From the NCBI GenBank assembly GCA_951406725.2, contig OX597822.1, positions 93,868,001 to 93,932,000 of the forward strand: DNA of 64,000 bases, given 5' to 3'. The translations under genes and the position numbers were made by a program. The DNA comes from Octopus vulgaris. Lineage: Eukaryota. Below the pieces are notes generated by a model. It was not told the DNA's origin. It worked only from the letters and a program-made list of their open reading frames with translations, and searched no databases. Below, one piece after another: positions 11,016-25,318 of the stretch (its first letter is position 1; the number at the start of each line of letters is the position of its first letter).

Positions 11016-11703
11016 CATAGCAAGGGTGTCCAACATACGTGTATTTACTCAACGTTTGTTTTTGTTTGATTTGCGATCGTCACCAGGCAATTTTGTTCCT
11101 GAATATTTGCATGATTCCTGGCTGGATTCGATGTAGAAATATCTATTTCTAAATCATTTATATATAAAAAAAGTTTAAACATAAAAAACTATAAAACAAA
11201 TTTGATCCCTGGGGTGGAATAAACTTAAATTGTCACTCTAATTTCAACCTTGTTCTGTGCTGCAGAGCAGCCGTTTGCACTTTAAGTTAATTGTAGGTGT
11301 CTGTATATGTGATCGTATATCGGAAATTATCAGCTCTGTATTTATATCAATGACATCCTGATCCCAGGCCCTGTAGGTGAGAGAGCAATAAGTGTTCGGA
11401 AATTACATCGAAACTAGACTGCGACTATGTACACATCCGGGTATAAAACGGGACAATCAGAAATCAAGCAAATGTGTAAATATGATGATCAGAAATCAAG
11501 AAATGTGTAACTATAAATATTGCCTATGCTTGTACTCCCTCGGTACGCGGTCAATGATCTGAAATATATAATCCCCTTAATAACAGCTATTCTCGCTGTC
11601 GGTCATTCACCTCTACTCATGAATGTAGGTCACGAGAAAGCTGAAAATCTAGGTCTTAAAATGGCTTACTGTCAATAAAATGATTTGATTGGTTTGTTTC
11701 TAA
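11016..11703. promoter_or_regulatory. 5'-truncated inverted-arm cassette, core + R arm (copies ~41996-42684, 50303-50990, 59023-59710)
   Basis: High identity to 7050-7755; retains octamer, TATA, both R-arm IR-1 sites and AATGTAGGTCA. Confidence 0.6.
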
Positions 11704-12254
11704 TTTTTTTCCTGTTTGTTTCGTACATAATTAATATTCTTATATTCTAAAACATATGCTGATATTTTGGGAATTTATTTCGGCTATTTTATTGTTGCAA
11801 GGACTCAGAAAATCCAAATTTTTTGGTTCAATCCCTCCCTGTCAACTACCCTATTGTCATTTCGAATTCCATTAATTCAACAGTCAAGGATCTTCTGAAT
11901 TTGAAGAATTAGATTTTTAGAAATAAAAAAAAAGCACTTGAAGTTGTAAATGATCTTATGCAGAAAATATTTTAGTTTTGGATTGGTTAGAATAGAACAC
12001 TGGTGTCATGCGTGTTATTTTAACCAATCCAAAGTTGTAGATGTACAAATATACACTTTTCATGATTAAACAACAAGTTGAGCAACAAATGGGGACGTTT
12101 ATATGAAAGGAGTACAAAATCTTTTCCATATACATACATGCATACATACATGCATACATACATGCATACATACATGCATACATGCATACATACATGCATA
12201 CATATATATAAATACATACACACATACATACATACATACATATATATACATACA

Positions 12255-12286
<32 letters not shown>

Positions 12287-12309
12287 CATACATACATGCA
12301 TATATATAT

Positions 12310-12345
<36 letters not shown>

Positions 12346-14764
12346 TATAACTTTACAAGAATAGAGGTAGCAGTAACTTCGAAGTTACCACCTGTTAGCC
12401 TTCATCGGACTGTACACACACACTCACATATTTATAAAACGATCAGTGTCGTTTACAAATCATCGGTAAAGAACATTAGGTAGATAAAGCATTGAAAAAT
12501 ACACAAAACTCCTTGTATATAGAGATGCAATTTTACAGAAGCAGAAAATTTCTTGTCAGATGTATAAGCATAAAATCTGAAATATGAGACAATAATAAGA
12601 GCATTCATGTAGATATATTGTATATATAAATCGTAGTTTGTGTGTGCAATTACTAACCCATACACTTCCACAATTCTCAACCGATTTTCTCCAAACTTTA
12701 CGTACACATCACTTATGTTCCAAGGATAGTCATGCACTATAATATTTTGCCAGAGCTCCCGCGTAAAAGGAGCAAATAGATATAGTTTTTTTTTTTGTAT
12801 TTAAGGTCTTCAATACTCTTTAATCTTTTTATAAAATTGAAAGGGTTTTGTCTCTTTATTTCCAACGGTGATTCAATTGACTAGGACCACTATACGCGAT
12901 GAATGTCCAGAACAAACTGTCTTAATCTACATATGTAAACTGCATTAAACTTTGCCAAGTTTACCTTTACCTATTCTCAGTTACTTGAAAGGTGATGTTC
13001 CCTTCCCTCTGTTGTATTCCTTGATACCATTGTTTCACTTTAAGTATGCTTATTTACCCATCCATTAGGATATTTCGATTGTTGTCCATTGTTTCAAATA
13101 CGTTTAAGCATTGCTGTTCTAGTCTTTTTTAAACCATCTCATATGATTCGTCCCAAAGAATCAACCTTTAAATAAGAGTTTTGCTTCCACAAGCGAAAGT
13201 TATACGTATCTTTCAGAAAGCTCCATACTAATTTAACTTTATGCAGCATTCGCTGTTAGTTTATGCGCAGGCTATGAGGGAAGACAGAATAAAGGGGCTT
13301 TTGTTAGCTTATCTCTCCGGGAAAACAGCTCTTTTTCCTATTGAATAAAATAAACTCGCCGAGGGGAAGTTTCAACGTCTTCTTTCAATTTCCTCACACT
13401 ATTTATGTGGTTGTTTCTGACAAGAAATTTCGCTTTCGTGTAAAACAACTATATTTTGTAGTCATTTTCCGTAATCTGCTCCCAAAGCACTTCAGTAGCT
13501 CTATTTGCATCGCTTGCAAACTTATATGTTCTATGATCATTAAAGTGCGACGACTTCCACAATAACCAGCCTTTAATTTCATAAACATTCTCATAAACCT
13601 TCTCGGTAGTTCAGTTATTTGGTGAATAAAATACTATCAAAGCAACTTAAACCGTCGAAAGGACGGGTGCGTTTGCTAGTGTTTCATAAAGAAGTTCTAA
13701 AATATGAGATAAATGATAACAGCGTTTACATGTCTTCACGCTTCTAATCTAACAACCTTTTTATCCAAGTATTTTCAGACGGCACTTTTGGCAGATCTAT
13801 TTACAGATCTACCAAAAGTACATAACTCAATGAGTACTTCAGATCAGCGGGTGGAAATTTAACAGGAATGTGAAGACTGAAAAAATAGCGTGCGAAATTT
13901 CATTGAATGGGCAGGATATGAACTTGAAAAGCAAAGCCCACTTAATAGTAATGTCTAAAAATATTTTTTTCTTTTTTCAGAAAAATGTAAGAAAAGCAGA
14001 TTACAGAAGACAAAAACAAAGAAATGGTATTTGACATTTTTAAAGAGGGTTGTGAGTATGGTAAATTATTAAACTGTGCTATTCAAAGCTTAGCATCAAA
14101 ATTTGAGAAAAACGACACTTTATATGGTTCTATGACTTTGGCATACATGTCACGGAAAGGGGATTGATCTCTGGGCATATATGAAGCAGGCCCACCGTTC
14201 TGTGTGATATGTATTGTTATCAGAGGAAAGGCGGCGAGCTGGCAGACACGTTAGAGCGCCGGGCGAAATGCTTAGGGGTATTTCGTCTATCGTTGACAAA
14301 ATAAGTACCAGTTGAGCACTGGGGTCGATATAATCGTCGAACCCCCACCTTCCATCGAGAATGCTGGCCTTGTGCCAAGATCTGAAACTAATATTAATAT
14401 TGCGTTTCCTTGTCCGTATTTCTCGGAATAAATAATACTTCTGAGTACCCTGGGACTTCCGTGGTTCATACATATTCTTTTTAATATTTTCGTACATCAA
14501 TTTATGGATCTTTATCGTTTCATTTATATTAAAGATTTCGTCAATTTTGTCTAAGGTTTCGTGTTCCATATTAAGGTTGTTTAAAGCGTAACACTCGGGC
14601 TTTGTTTCATTATTCTTGATATTTCGACTGCATCTTCGATTTTGTACGACTGTTAAAAGCGGTGAAGGTGTAACACTCGAACGCACATCTTAACAAGTAG
14701 AATAATAACTGAAATAATTTTTCTCATTGATAAATATTGTCAAGGATATCAAGTATAGGTACAG

Positions 14765-14912
14765 GCATAACTGTGTGATAAAGAAATTTTCTTTGCAATT
14801 CTATGGTTTCAGGTTCAGTCTCACAGGCGTCATCTTGGGCAAGTGTCCTTTACTGTAGCCCGGGACGACCAAGGTAAATTGAATGAATTCGGTTGACAGA
14901 AACTGCGTAAAA
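14765..14912 (+). mobile_element. CORE-type SINE (copies ~19982, 32070, 45339, 54034)
   Basis: GGTTCAGTC...CATCTTGGGCAAGTGTCC; followed by (CT)n(TA)n. Confidence 0.7.
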
Positions 14913-14917
14913 CTAAG

Positions 14918-14992
<75 letters not shown>

Positions 14993-14995
<3 letters not shown>

Positions 14996-15197
14996 GATAG
15001 ATCGTCGCCATGATAGATCGTTAGCCACTACAAACACATTTTTTTCTCTTCTTCTTTTTTTTCTGCATCCCTTTCTGTAGAAGAGCGTAGGCTCGAAATG
15101 TAAAAGACTTTTTCTATTCCTGAGCGTTATACTAATACATCTCATTGTTTTGTACACCATCTGCCTTCATCTTTTGTTTTTTTTTCGTAAACTCTCC

Positions 15198-15198
<1 letters not shown>
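14993..15198 (+). mobile_element. Probable Penelope pLTR-derived fragment with degenerate hammerhead at 15071-15106 (copies ~45571-45770, ~54300-54503)
   Basis: CTTT-CTGTAGAA-GAGC-GTAG-GCTC-GAAA-TG-TA-AAAG; sits between (TA)n and (TATC)n; absent from the equivalent sites at ~20255 and ~32455. Confidence 0.55.
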
Positions 15199-15269
<71 letters not shown>

Positions 15270-15277
15270 ATATCTAC

Positions 15278-15329
<52 letters not shown>

Positions 15330-15330
15330 A

Positions 15331-15370
<40 letters not shown>

Positions 15371-15986
15371 CATATACATATGCATGTATGTATGTAAGCG
15401 AGTGAGTATATCTCCCTACCGTGTGGCAACTGGTGTTGGTTTGTTTGCGTTCCTCTGTCAATTAGCTATCGACTTAACGAGAGCAATTAAACAAGCGTCA
15501 AACTTCAAATAAGTATGCTATCGAGTTCTTCATTGAAACCCAGCAATGCGATGCTCCAGTATGGGTGCAGTCCAGTAACCGAAACAGATAAAGGAATTGT
15601 CATTTCGTCACAGCACTTTTATTTCTAGTTAACTCGTTAATGGTTTACCGCACGTTTCATACGAATTCTACAGATAAAAACAAAAACAGATAACAAATAC
15701 AGATAACAACAAAAACACGACGTGAGACTGGAAATTATAAAGTACAAAAAACAAAAAAATAAAAGAAGAAAAACATGACACCTGGGATGAGGATAGAAAA
15801 CAAGATTAAAGATTCTAAGCAATCGAATGTTTGTATACATTTTATATTCTTTCTTATGACAAAGAATAGACATAATTTTATGGAATTTCCCTGGGGAAAT
15901 TTTGAAATAACAGAATTCGAACTGCTTCCCCAACACTTTCCAGGTAACTAAAACGTCAAGAAGGATTTTCTCAAACATATATTTAT

Positions 15987-16881
15987 TCCTATTTTAATCA
16001 CATTTTCGATGTAGTTATTGAATTAGAATCAACTTGTTTTATTGGCATAAATCCATCTTGACTATTTCAGCTTTCTCGTGACCTATATTTTATAAGTACA
16101 GGTGAATGACCGACTGTGAGAATTTCTGTTAAGGGGATTTTGTGTTTTTCAGGTTATTGACCTCATAGGAAGGGAGTCCAACATACGTGTATTTACTCAA
16201 CGTTTGTTTTTGTTTGATTTGCGATCGTCACCAGGCAATTTTGTTCCTGAATATTTGCATGATTCCTGACTGGATTCGATGTAGAAATATCTATTTCTCA
16301 ATCATTTATATAAAAGAATATTAAACATAAAAAAACTAAAAAAAAATCTTGATCCCTGGGGTGGAATAAACTTAAATTGTCACTCTAATTTCAACTTTGT
16401 TCTGTGCTGCAGAGCAGCCGTTTGCACTTTAAGTTAATTGTAGGTCTGTATATGTGATCGTATATCGGAAATTATCAGCCTCTGTATTTATATCGATGAC
16501 ATCCTGATCCCAGGCCCTGTAGGTGAGAGATCAATAAATGTTCGAAAATTACAACGAAATTAGACTGCGACTATGTACTCATCCTGGAATAAAATAGGAT
16601 AATCCGAAATCAAGCAAATGTGTAAATATGATGATCAGAAATCAAGAAATGTGTAAATATAAATATTGCCTATGCTTGTACCCCCTCGGTACGCGGTCAA
16701 TGATCTGAAATATATAATCCCCTTAATAACAGCTATTCTCGCTCTCGGTCATTCACCTGTACTCATGAATGTAGGTCACGAGAAAGCTGAAAATATGAGT
16801 GTTAGGATGGCTTCATGTCAATAAAATGATTTGATTGGTTTGTTTCTAATGCAATAATCAAATCTAAAAGTATGATTAAGA
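15987..16881. promoter_or_regulatory. Inverted-arm cassette copy
   Basis: Paralog of 6873-7786. Confidence 0.6.
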
Positions 16882-17751
16882 CGTGAAGAAAGGTATTTTT
16901 AAGAGCACAGTAAATGATGATTTGGAATTTCTGGAACTGGTTTTAAATCTTGTATTTCGTTCAAGAGATTTTTTTCTGTTTGTTTCGTACATAATTAATA
17001 TTTTTATATTCTCAAACTTATGCTGATATTTTGGGAATTTATTTTAAGCCTCGGGAAAATATTTCGACTATTTTGTTGTTGCAAGAACTCACAAAATCCA
17101 AAGTTTTTGGTTCAATCCCTCTTTGTCAACTACCCCGTTGTCATTTACAATTCAGTAATGAGTGGCTGTGAGAATTTCTGTTGCAAAGGGGATTTTGTGT
17201 TTTTCAGGGTATTGACCTTATAGTAAGGGAGTTCAACATACGTGTATTTACTCAACGTTTGTCTTTGTTTGATTTGCGATCGTCACCGGGCAGTTTTGTC
17301 CCTGAATATTTGCATAATTCCTGACTGGATTCAATGTAGAAATATCTATTTCTAAATAATTTACAAAAAAGAAACATGTTACCTGCCAGTAGATTCTGCA
17401 GGGACTAGAAATGGTGATGGAGTGGGCTCGGATGCGTTACAAACCAACCAAATCAAGATCTATGGTGCTGAGAAAGGGAAGGCGGAGCACACGTTCCGCA
17501 TTAACATCTCAGGAACAGCCTTTTCATCAATCACAGAGAAGCCAGTCAAGAGCTTGGGCAAGGTTTTCGACAGCTCATTGAGAGACACCACATCTATCCA
17601 GTCGGCCTTCACTGAGTTGGATGGATGGCTGAAATCCATGAACCACTCAGGCTTACCTGGGAAGTTTATGTACATATATATATATATATATACGTTTAAG
17701 TATTTGTTGTGCAAGATTTTTTATGTGAAGTCGTGTGTTGAAACAGATATT

Positions 17752-18105
17752 GTTATATTTCGGAATGGTCATTTTGCCAGTTTAGCCAATAAAAACACAC
17801 GCACTATATATTTGGTGTTACTTTGCTTCAGTGTTATTTATTTTTTACATTAATCTTAATCTTATTTCGGCCAGAGCTCTTTCGTCACACTCCTGTGATC
17901 GCATCAGTGGTCATTTGTTTTCTTCTCACTTATTTGTGTCTCTCCTTACTAACCGTCTGATGCGGTCACAGGAGTGTGACGAAAGAACTCTGGCCGAAAT
18001 AAGATTAAGATTAATGTAAAAAATAAATAACACTGAAGCAAAGTAACACCAAATATATAGTGCGTGTGTTTTTATTGGCTAAACTGGCAAAATGACCATT
18101 CCAAA

Positions 18106-18111
<6 letters not shown>
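17752..18111. repeat. Foldback element copy
   Basis: Paralog of 9112-9472. Confidence 0.95.
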
Positions 18112-18167
<56 letters not shown>

Positions 18168-20136
18168 TAAACAATCAAAAGATCAACAGTCAATACTGAG
18201 TTGAGATATTTGCAGATCGTAGGAGTATGGTTTGTGAATACATTTGTATTGTTGAGTACAGATAAAACCTAACGTGGGCAAACCTTTTGATTTGGGTGTT
18301 CATCGAAGCCAAGAGAATTTATAAATATTAGACTTATATAATGACGTGAGGTCTTGATTATAAACACTTATATTACTGTATTCTTGAGACTGAATGTGGT
18401 GATTTAAGGCTTGATTAATGGATCGAAATGTGATTAAAATGTCACCTCGCTCATCCCTGAGGTACATTTCTGAATTATTAGAAAAGAAATCATATTTTTT
18501 ACTGTCTATCTAATTTTCCAAACCCGTTCCATCAACACCGGTGAATATTGTTTGGAATAGGTTGTGCTTGACTTGACTAAAAACTATATACAACTGGCCA
18601 CTGAGCCGGCAGAAACGTTAGCACACCGGGCGAAATGCTTAGCGGTATTTCGTCTGCCGTTACGTTCCGAGTTCAAATTCCGTCGAGGTCGACTTTGCCT
18701 TTCATCCTTTCGGGGTCGATAAATTAAGTTACGCACTGGAGTCGATATAATCGACTTAATCGGTTTGTCTGTCCTTGTTTCTCCCTTCTGTGTGTAGCCC
18801 CTTGTGGGCAGTAAAAAAAAACAAACAAACAAAAAAACAAATAACAACTGGCCACTAACCGATTCATGGAAAAATTTATTCTCCGCAGGTTAATCCTTTT
18901 CATGTGAAATTAAATTTCATGGTTTTTCTAGTAATGATGTTAAATAGCTACTAAAAAATAGGACTGATATTTTCTGCAAGTCAAGTTGCTTCAATAAACT
19001 TGACATATCTCAGCAAAAATTTATTTTCAAATATGATATTTTCATCATAATGTAGATTGGTGTATAAAACTGCTTTCCGCAGTTTTGCGTGGATATGATT
19101 TCGGCAGTTAAAAGGGTTGACGTGACGAAGAAGGGAGATAAACACCAGCTATTACAAATTGGTTTCAAATTTTGGCACACGGCTAGCAATTTGGTGAAAG
19201 GGTAAGCCGATTACATCGACCCCAGTGCTCAACTGGTACATATTTTACCGATCCCGAAAGGATGAAAGGCAAAGTCGACCTCGGTGGAATTTGAATTCAA
19301 AACGTACAGACGAATGAAATGCTGTCCAGCGTTCTAACGATTCTGACAGCTCGCTGCCTTTTATCAGCCACTAATATTAATCGTTACCAAGGCGGCGAGC
19401 TGCCGGAATCGCTAACATGACTGGCGAAATGCTTAGCGACATTTTGCCCGTCTTTATGTTCTGAGTTCTAATTCCGCCGGGGTCGACTTTTTTCTTTTAT
19501 CTATTCGGATTTGACAAATTGAGTACCAGTTGAGCACTGGGGTCGATATAATCGTCGAACCCCCACCTTCCATCGAGAATGCTGGCCTTGTGCCAAGATT
19601 TGAAACCAATATTAACATTACGTTTCCTTGTCCGTATTTCTCGGAATAAATAATACTTCCGAATACCCTGGAACTTCCGTGGTTCATACATATTCTTTTT
19701 AACATTTTCGTACATCAATTTATGGATTTTTATCGTTTCATTTATGTTAAAGATTTCGTCAATTTTGTCTAAGGTTTCGTGTTCCATATTAAGGTTGTTT
19801 AAAGCGTAACACTCGTGCTTTGTTTCATTATTCTTGATATTTCGACTGCATCTTCGATTTTGTACGACTGTTAAAAGCGGTGAAGGTGTAACACTCGAAC
19901 GCACATCTTAACAAGTAGAATAATAACTGAAATAATTTTTCTCATTGATAAATATTGTCAAGGATATCAAGTATAGGTACAGGCATAACTGTGTGATAAA
20001 GAAATTTGCTTTGCAACTCTATGGTTTCAGGTTCAGTCTCACAGGCGGCATCTTGGGCAAGTGTCCTTTACTGTAGCCCGGGACGACCAAGGTAAATCGA
20101 ATGAATTTGGCTGACAGAAACTGTGTAAAACTAAGT

Positions 20137-20257
<121 letters not shown>

Positions 20258-20691
20258 GACCAGTTTGGGTGCAGTCCAGTAACCGAAACAGATAAAGGAA
20301 TTGTCATTTCGTCACAGCACTTTTATTTCTAGTTAACTTGTTAATTGTTTACCACACGTTTCATACGAATTCTACAGATAAAAACAAAAACAGATAACAA
20401 ATACAGATAACAACAAAAACACGACGTGAGACTGGAAAATATAAAGTACAAAAAACAAAAAAATAAAAGAAGAAAAACATGACAGCTGGGATGATGATAG
20501 AAAAGAAGATTAAAGATGCTAAGCAATCGAATGTTTGTATACATTTTATATTCTTTCTTATGACAAAGAATAGACATAATTTTATGGAATTTCCCTGGGA
20601 AGATTTTGAAATAACAGAATTCGAACTGCTTCCCCAACACTTTCCAGGTAACTAAAACGTCAAGAAGGATTTTCTCAAATATATATTTATT

Positions 20692-21590
20692 CCTATCTTA
20701 ATCACATTTTTAGATGTAGTTATTGCATTAGAAGCAACGTGTTTTATTGGCATAAATCCATCTTGACTATTTCAGCCTTCTCGTGACCTATATTTTATAA
20801 GTACAGGTGAATGACCGACAGTGAGAATTTCTGTTTAGGGGATTTTGTGTTTTTCAGGGTATTGACCTCATAGTAAGGGAGTCCAACATACGTGTATTTA
20901 CTCAACGTTTGTTTTTGTTTGATTTGCGATCGTCACCAGGCAGTTTTGTTCCTGAATATTTGCATGATTCCTGACTGGATTCGATGTAGAAATATCTAAT
21001 TCCAAATCATTTATATATAAAAAAAAATTAAACGTAAAAAAAACTAAAAAAAAAACTTGATCCCTGGGGTGGAATAAACTTAAATTGTCACTCTAATTTC
21101 AACTTTGTCCTGTGCTGCAGAGCAGCCGTTTGCACTTTAAGTTAATTGTAGGTGTCTGTATATGTGGTCGTATATCGGAAATTATCAGCTCTGTATTTAT
21201 ATCAATGACATCCTGATCCCAGGCCCTGTAGGTGAGAGAGCAATAAATGTTCGGAAATTACATCGAAACTAGACTGCGACTATGTACATATCCGGGTATA
21301 AAACGGGATAATCAGAAATCAAGCAAATGTGTAAATATGATGATCAGAAATCAAGAAATGTGTAAATATAAATATTGCCTATGCTTGTACTCCCTAGGTA
21401 CGCGGTCAATGACCTGATATATTTAATCCCCTTAATAACAGCTATTCTCGCTCTCGGTCATTCACCTGTACTCATAAATGTAGGTCACGAGAAAGTTAAA
21501 AATATAGGTGTTAGGATGGCTTCTTGTCAATAAAATGATTTGATTGGTTTGTTTCTAATGCAATAATCAAATCTAAAAGTATGATTAAGA
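20692..21590. promoter_or_regulatory. Inverted-arm cassette copy
   Basis: Paralog of 6873-7786; contains near-consensus IR-1 CGGTCAaTGACCT at 21403-21415. Confidence 0.6.
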
Positions 21591-22205
21591 CGTGAAGAAA
21601 GTTGTTTTTAAGAGAACAGTAAATGATGATTTGGAATTTCTGGAACTGGTTTTAAATCTTGTATTTTGTTCAAGAGATTTTTTTCTGTTTGTTTCGTACG
21701 TAATTAATATTCTTATATTCACAAACTTATACTGATATTTTGGGAATTTATTTTAAGCTTCGGGAAAATATTTCGACTATTTTGTTGTTGCAAGAACTCA
21801 GAAAATCCAAATTTTTTGGTTCAATCCCTCTTTGTCAACTACCCCGTTTTCATTTACAATTCAGTAATGAGTGGCTGTAAGAATTTCTGTTGCTAATTAT
21901 GTTGTCAGAAGTAGTTTCATCAAATTGTTATTGCGTTATGAAACCATCACTTTTATTTTCAGCTTCCTTATGACCCATATCTGACTGTATAGTTCAGGTG
22001 AATGACCGAATCCAAGTTTAGTTGTTTAGAAGGAGATTATACTTTTCAGGGCATTCACCTCATAAGGGGCTGTACACTTATAATGTTTATATCCCCTTTA
22101 CGTTTTTAGTTGTTTGAATCACTGATTATCACCACGTGTCTTAGTCTTGGATTTGCACATGGTCCCAAAAATAACATTTATATCTAACTTATTGTAAGAA
22201 AGTTA

Positions 22206-22628
22206 GTATCTTTTCGGTTTGAACGGCAGTTTTTAACATAATTTCTAAGTAACTAAACACTTTTAAACTTCGTATACTGGTAGAATGTGTTTATAAAACA
22301 TCTTTTTCTCTTGGCTTTATTGAGAAAATTCTATAGTTTGTAAGATATTTGTTGTTTTTATCTTCAATTTCTGCAATTTCAACCAATCACTGACATCTAT
22401 GGAGGTAAAAACATTGTGTGCCGTATAAATATGTCCCTCGATTAAGAAACATATTAGGTTTATTTACATTTGTGAAAAAAAAAGATACCCTTCCCCCACC
22501 CCTAACCCTAACTAAGCCTAACCCTAAAACAGATTGAAATGCAATAGATCGATACTAGGGTCATAATTATGGATGACAATTTCATATGACACCGCTAGAA
22601 AAAACTGCCGTTCAAACCGAAAAGATCC
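22206..22628. mobile_element. hAT-type MITE (duplicated copy of the 3632 insertion)
   Basis: Same TIRs, GAAAGTTA TSD and flanks. Confidence 0.9.
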
Positions 22629-22969
22629 GAAAGTTATTATGCTTAATTTAGAAATGAAAGTTCTTAGTTTGATTCCCGCTCGGGACAATGTATACAACCA
22701 ATGATACCCTATGAATCGACCATCAAACCGACCGCAAAGAAGTGTAAATACGATTTTTGTAAGCCACGGGTGTGGCTATATGGTAGGCATAGGTGCATGG
22801 GTGTGTGTATTTTTGAGATGTTTGCTTCACAACTATGTGGTTTTGAGTTCAGTCCCACTGCTTGGCACCTTGGGCACGTGTCTTCTGCTATTTCCCTGAG
22901 CTGACCAAAGCTTTGTGATGGATTTTGGTTGACAGAAGTGAAAAAAAAATACAAGGCGTCTGTATATGT

Positions 22970-22973
22970 TTAT

Positions 22974-23004
<31 letters not shown>

Positions 23005-24025
23005 GGATGTATATGTATAGGTATGTATAGGTATGTATATGTATGTATGTATGTATATGTACATGTGTATATGTATATATGTATATGTATATGTATATAT
23101 GTATATATGTATATGTATATATGTATATATGTATAGGTATATATGTTTATGTATATATGTATATATATTTATATGTATATATATATGTGTATATATATAT
23201 GTGTATATATATATGTGTATGTATATATGTATATATATATGTATATATATGTATATATATATATATATGTCTATTTACATATGTATATATATATATGTCT
23301 ATATATATGTATATATATGTATGTATATATATATGTGTATATATATGTGTGTATATATATATGTGTATATATATATGTGTATATATATATGTGTATATAT
23401 ATATGTGTATGTATATATGTATATATATATGTATATATATGTATATATATATATATGTCTATTTACATATGTATATATATGTCTATATATATGTATATAT
23501 ATATGTATATATATATGTGTATATATATGTGTGTATATATATATGTGTATATATATATGTGTATATATATATGTGTATATATATATGTGTATATATATAT
23601 ATGTGTGTATATATATGTATATATATGTATATATATAGGTATATATATGTATATATACATGTATATATGCATGTATGTATGTATATATGTATGTATATAT
23701 GTATGTATTTATGAATGCATATATGTATATATATGTATATATGTACGTATATATGTATATATATATGTGTATATATATGTGTATATATATATGTGTATAT
23801 ATATATATGTATATATATATGTATATATATATGTATATATATATATGTATATATATATGTGTATATATATATATGTGTATATATATATGTGTATATATAT
23901 ATGTATATATATGTATATATATATGTAAATATATATGTATATATGTATATATATATGTATGTATATATATGTATATATGTATATATACGCATGTATATAT
24001 ATGTATGTATGTATGTATGTATATA

Positions 24026-24070
<45 letters not shown>
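22970..24070. repeat. ~1.1-kb compound TA-rich microsatellite
   Basis: Directly visible. Confidence 0.98.
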
Positions 24071-24075
<5 letters not shown>

Positions 24076-24206
24076 TAAATTAGCGATAAAACCACTATTA
24101 GGCAAATCAAACAATGAAAAACTTAAGCCAATATATAAAATTAATTAATTTATATTATTTTAAATATATCAAAAGTATTAACAGTTTAATAAAAGATAAT
24201 GAGTAA

Positions 24207-24280
24207 AACACTACGATCGTTTCATGACTGTCCAATTCGTAATAATTCGAGTTATTGTTACAGTCAATCTTCAGGTAATT
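24207..24280 (-). ncRNA. Type I hammerhead ribozyme in a probable Penelope pLTR fragment (~24070-24305)
   Basis: Minus strand: AC-CUGAAGA-U-UGACUGU...ACAGUCA-U-GAAA-CGAUCG-UA-GU. Intact core, palindromic stem III, GUA triplet, short stem I. Confidence 0.75.
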
Positions 24281-25318
24281 GAAATATTTATCTTAGCGAG
24301 GTTTAGCAATTTTGTTCCTGAATATTTGCATGATTCCTGACTGGATTCGATGTAGAAATATCTATTTCTAAATCATTTATATATATAAAAAAAATTAGAC
24401 ATAAAAAACTAAAAAAAACTTGAACCCTGGGGTGGAATAAACTTAAATTGTCACTCTAATTTCAACTTTGTCCTGTGCTGCAGAGCAGCCGTTTGCACTT
24501 TAAGTTAATATATATATATATTCGTTGTGATATTCGTTGTGTGCATCCCGGACAAAGGCAACCACCCATTAGGGCGTTCATCGATGGCCTCACAGTCATG
24601 ACAGACTCAGCGCTAGGCTGCCAGTAGATTCTGCAGGGACTAGGAAAGGTGATGGAGTGGGCTCGGATGCGTTACAAACCAACCAAATCAAGATCTATGG
24701 TGTTGAGGAAAGCGAAGGTGGGGGACAAGTTCCGGTTTAACATCTCAGGAACAGCCATTCCGTGTGGCAACTGGTGTTGGTTTGTTTGCGTTCTTCCGTC
24801 AATTAGCGGTTCGACTCAACGAGAGCAATAAAACAAGCGTCAGACTTCAAATAAGTTCTTCATTGAAACTCAGCAATGCGATACTCCAGTATGGGTGCAG
24901 TCCAGTAACCGAAACAGATAAAGGAATTGTCATTTCGTCACAGCACTTTTATTTCTAGTTAACTTGTTAATTGTTTACCGCACGTTTCATACGAATTCTA
25001 CAGGTAAAAACAAAAACAGATAACAAATACAGATAACAACAAAAACACGACGTGAGACTGGAAAATATAAAGTACAAAAAACAAAAAAATAAAAGAAGAA
25101 AAACATGACAACTGGGATGAGGATAGAAAACAAGATTAAAAGATGCTAAGCAATCGAATGTTTGTATACATTTTGTATTCTTTCTTATGACAAAGAATAG
25201 ACACAATTTTATGGAATTTCCCTGGGGAGATTTCGAAAGAGCAGAATTCGAACTGCTTCCCCAACACTTTCCAGGTAACTAAAACGTCAAGAAGGATTTT
25301 CTCAAACATATATTTATT

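Noticed and set aside
14150-14686. Minus-strand ORF MRSSVTPSP...LDKIDEIFN repeated in several units
   Set aside because: No recognisable domain, runs into antisense SINE, is broken by stops in the ~45 kb and ~53.9 kb copies; its recurrence is explained by recent duplication.
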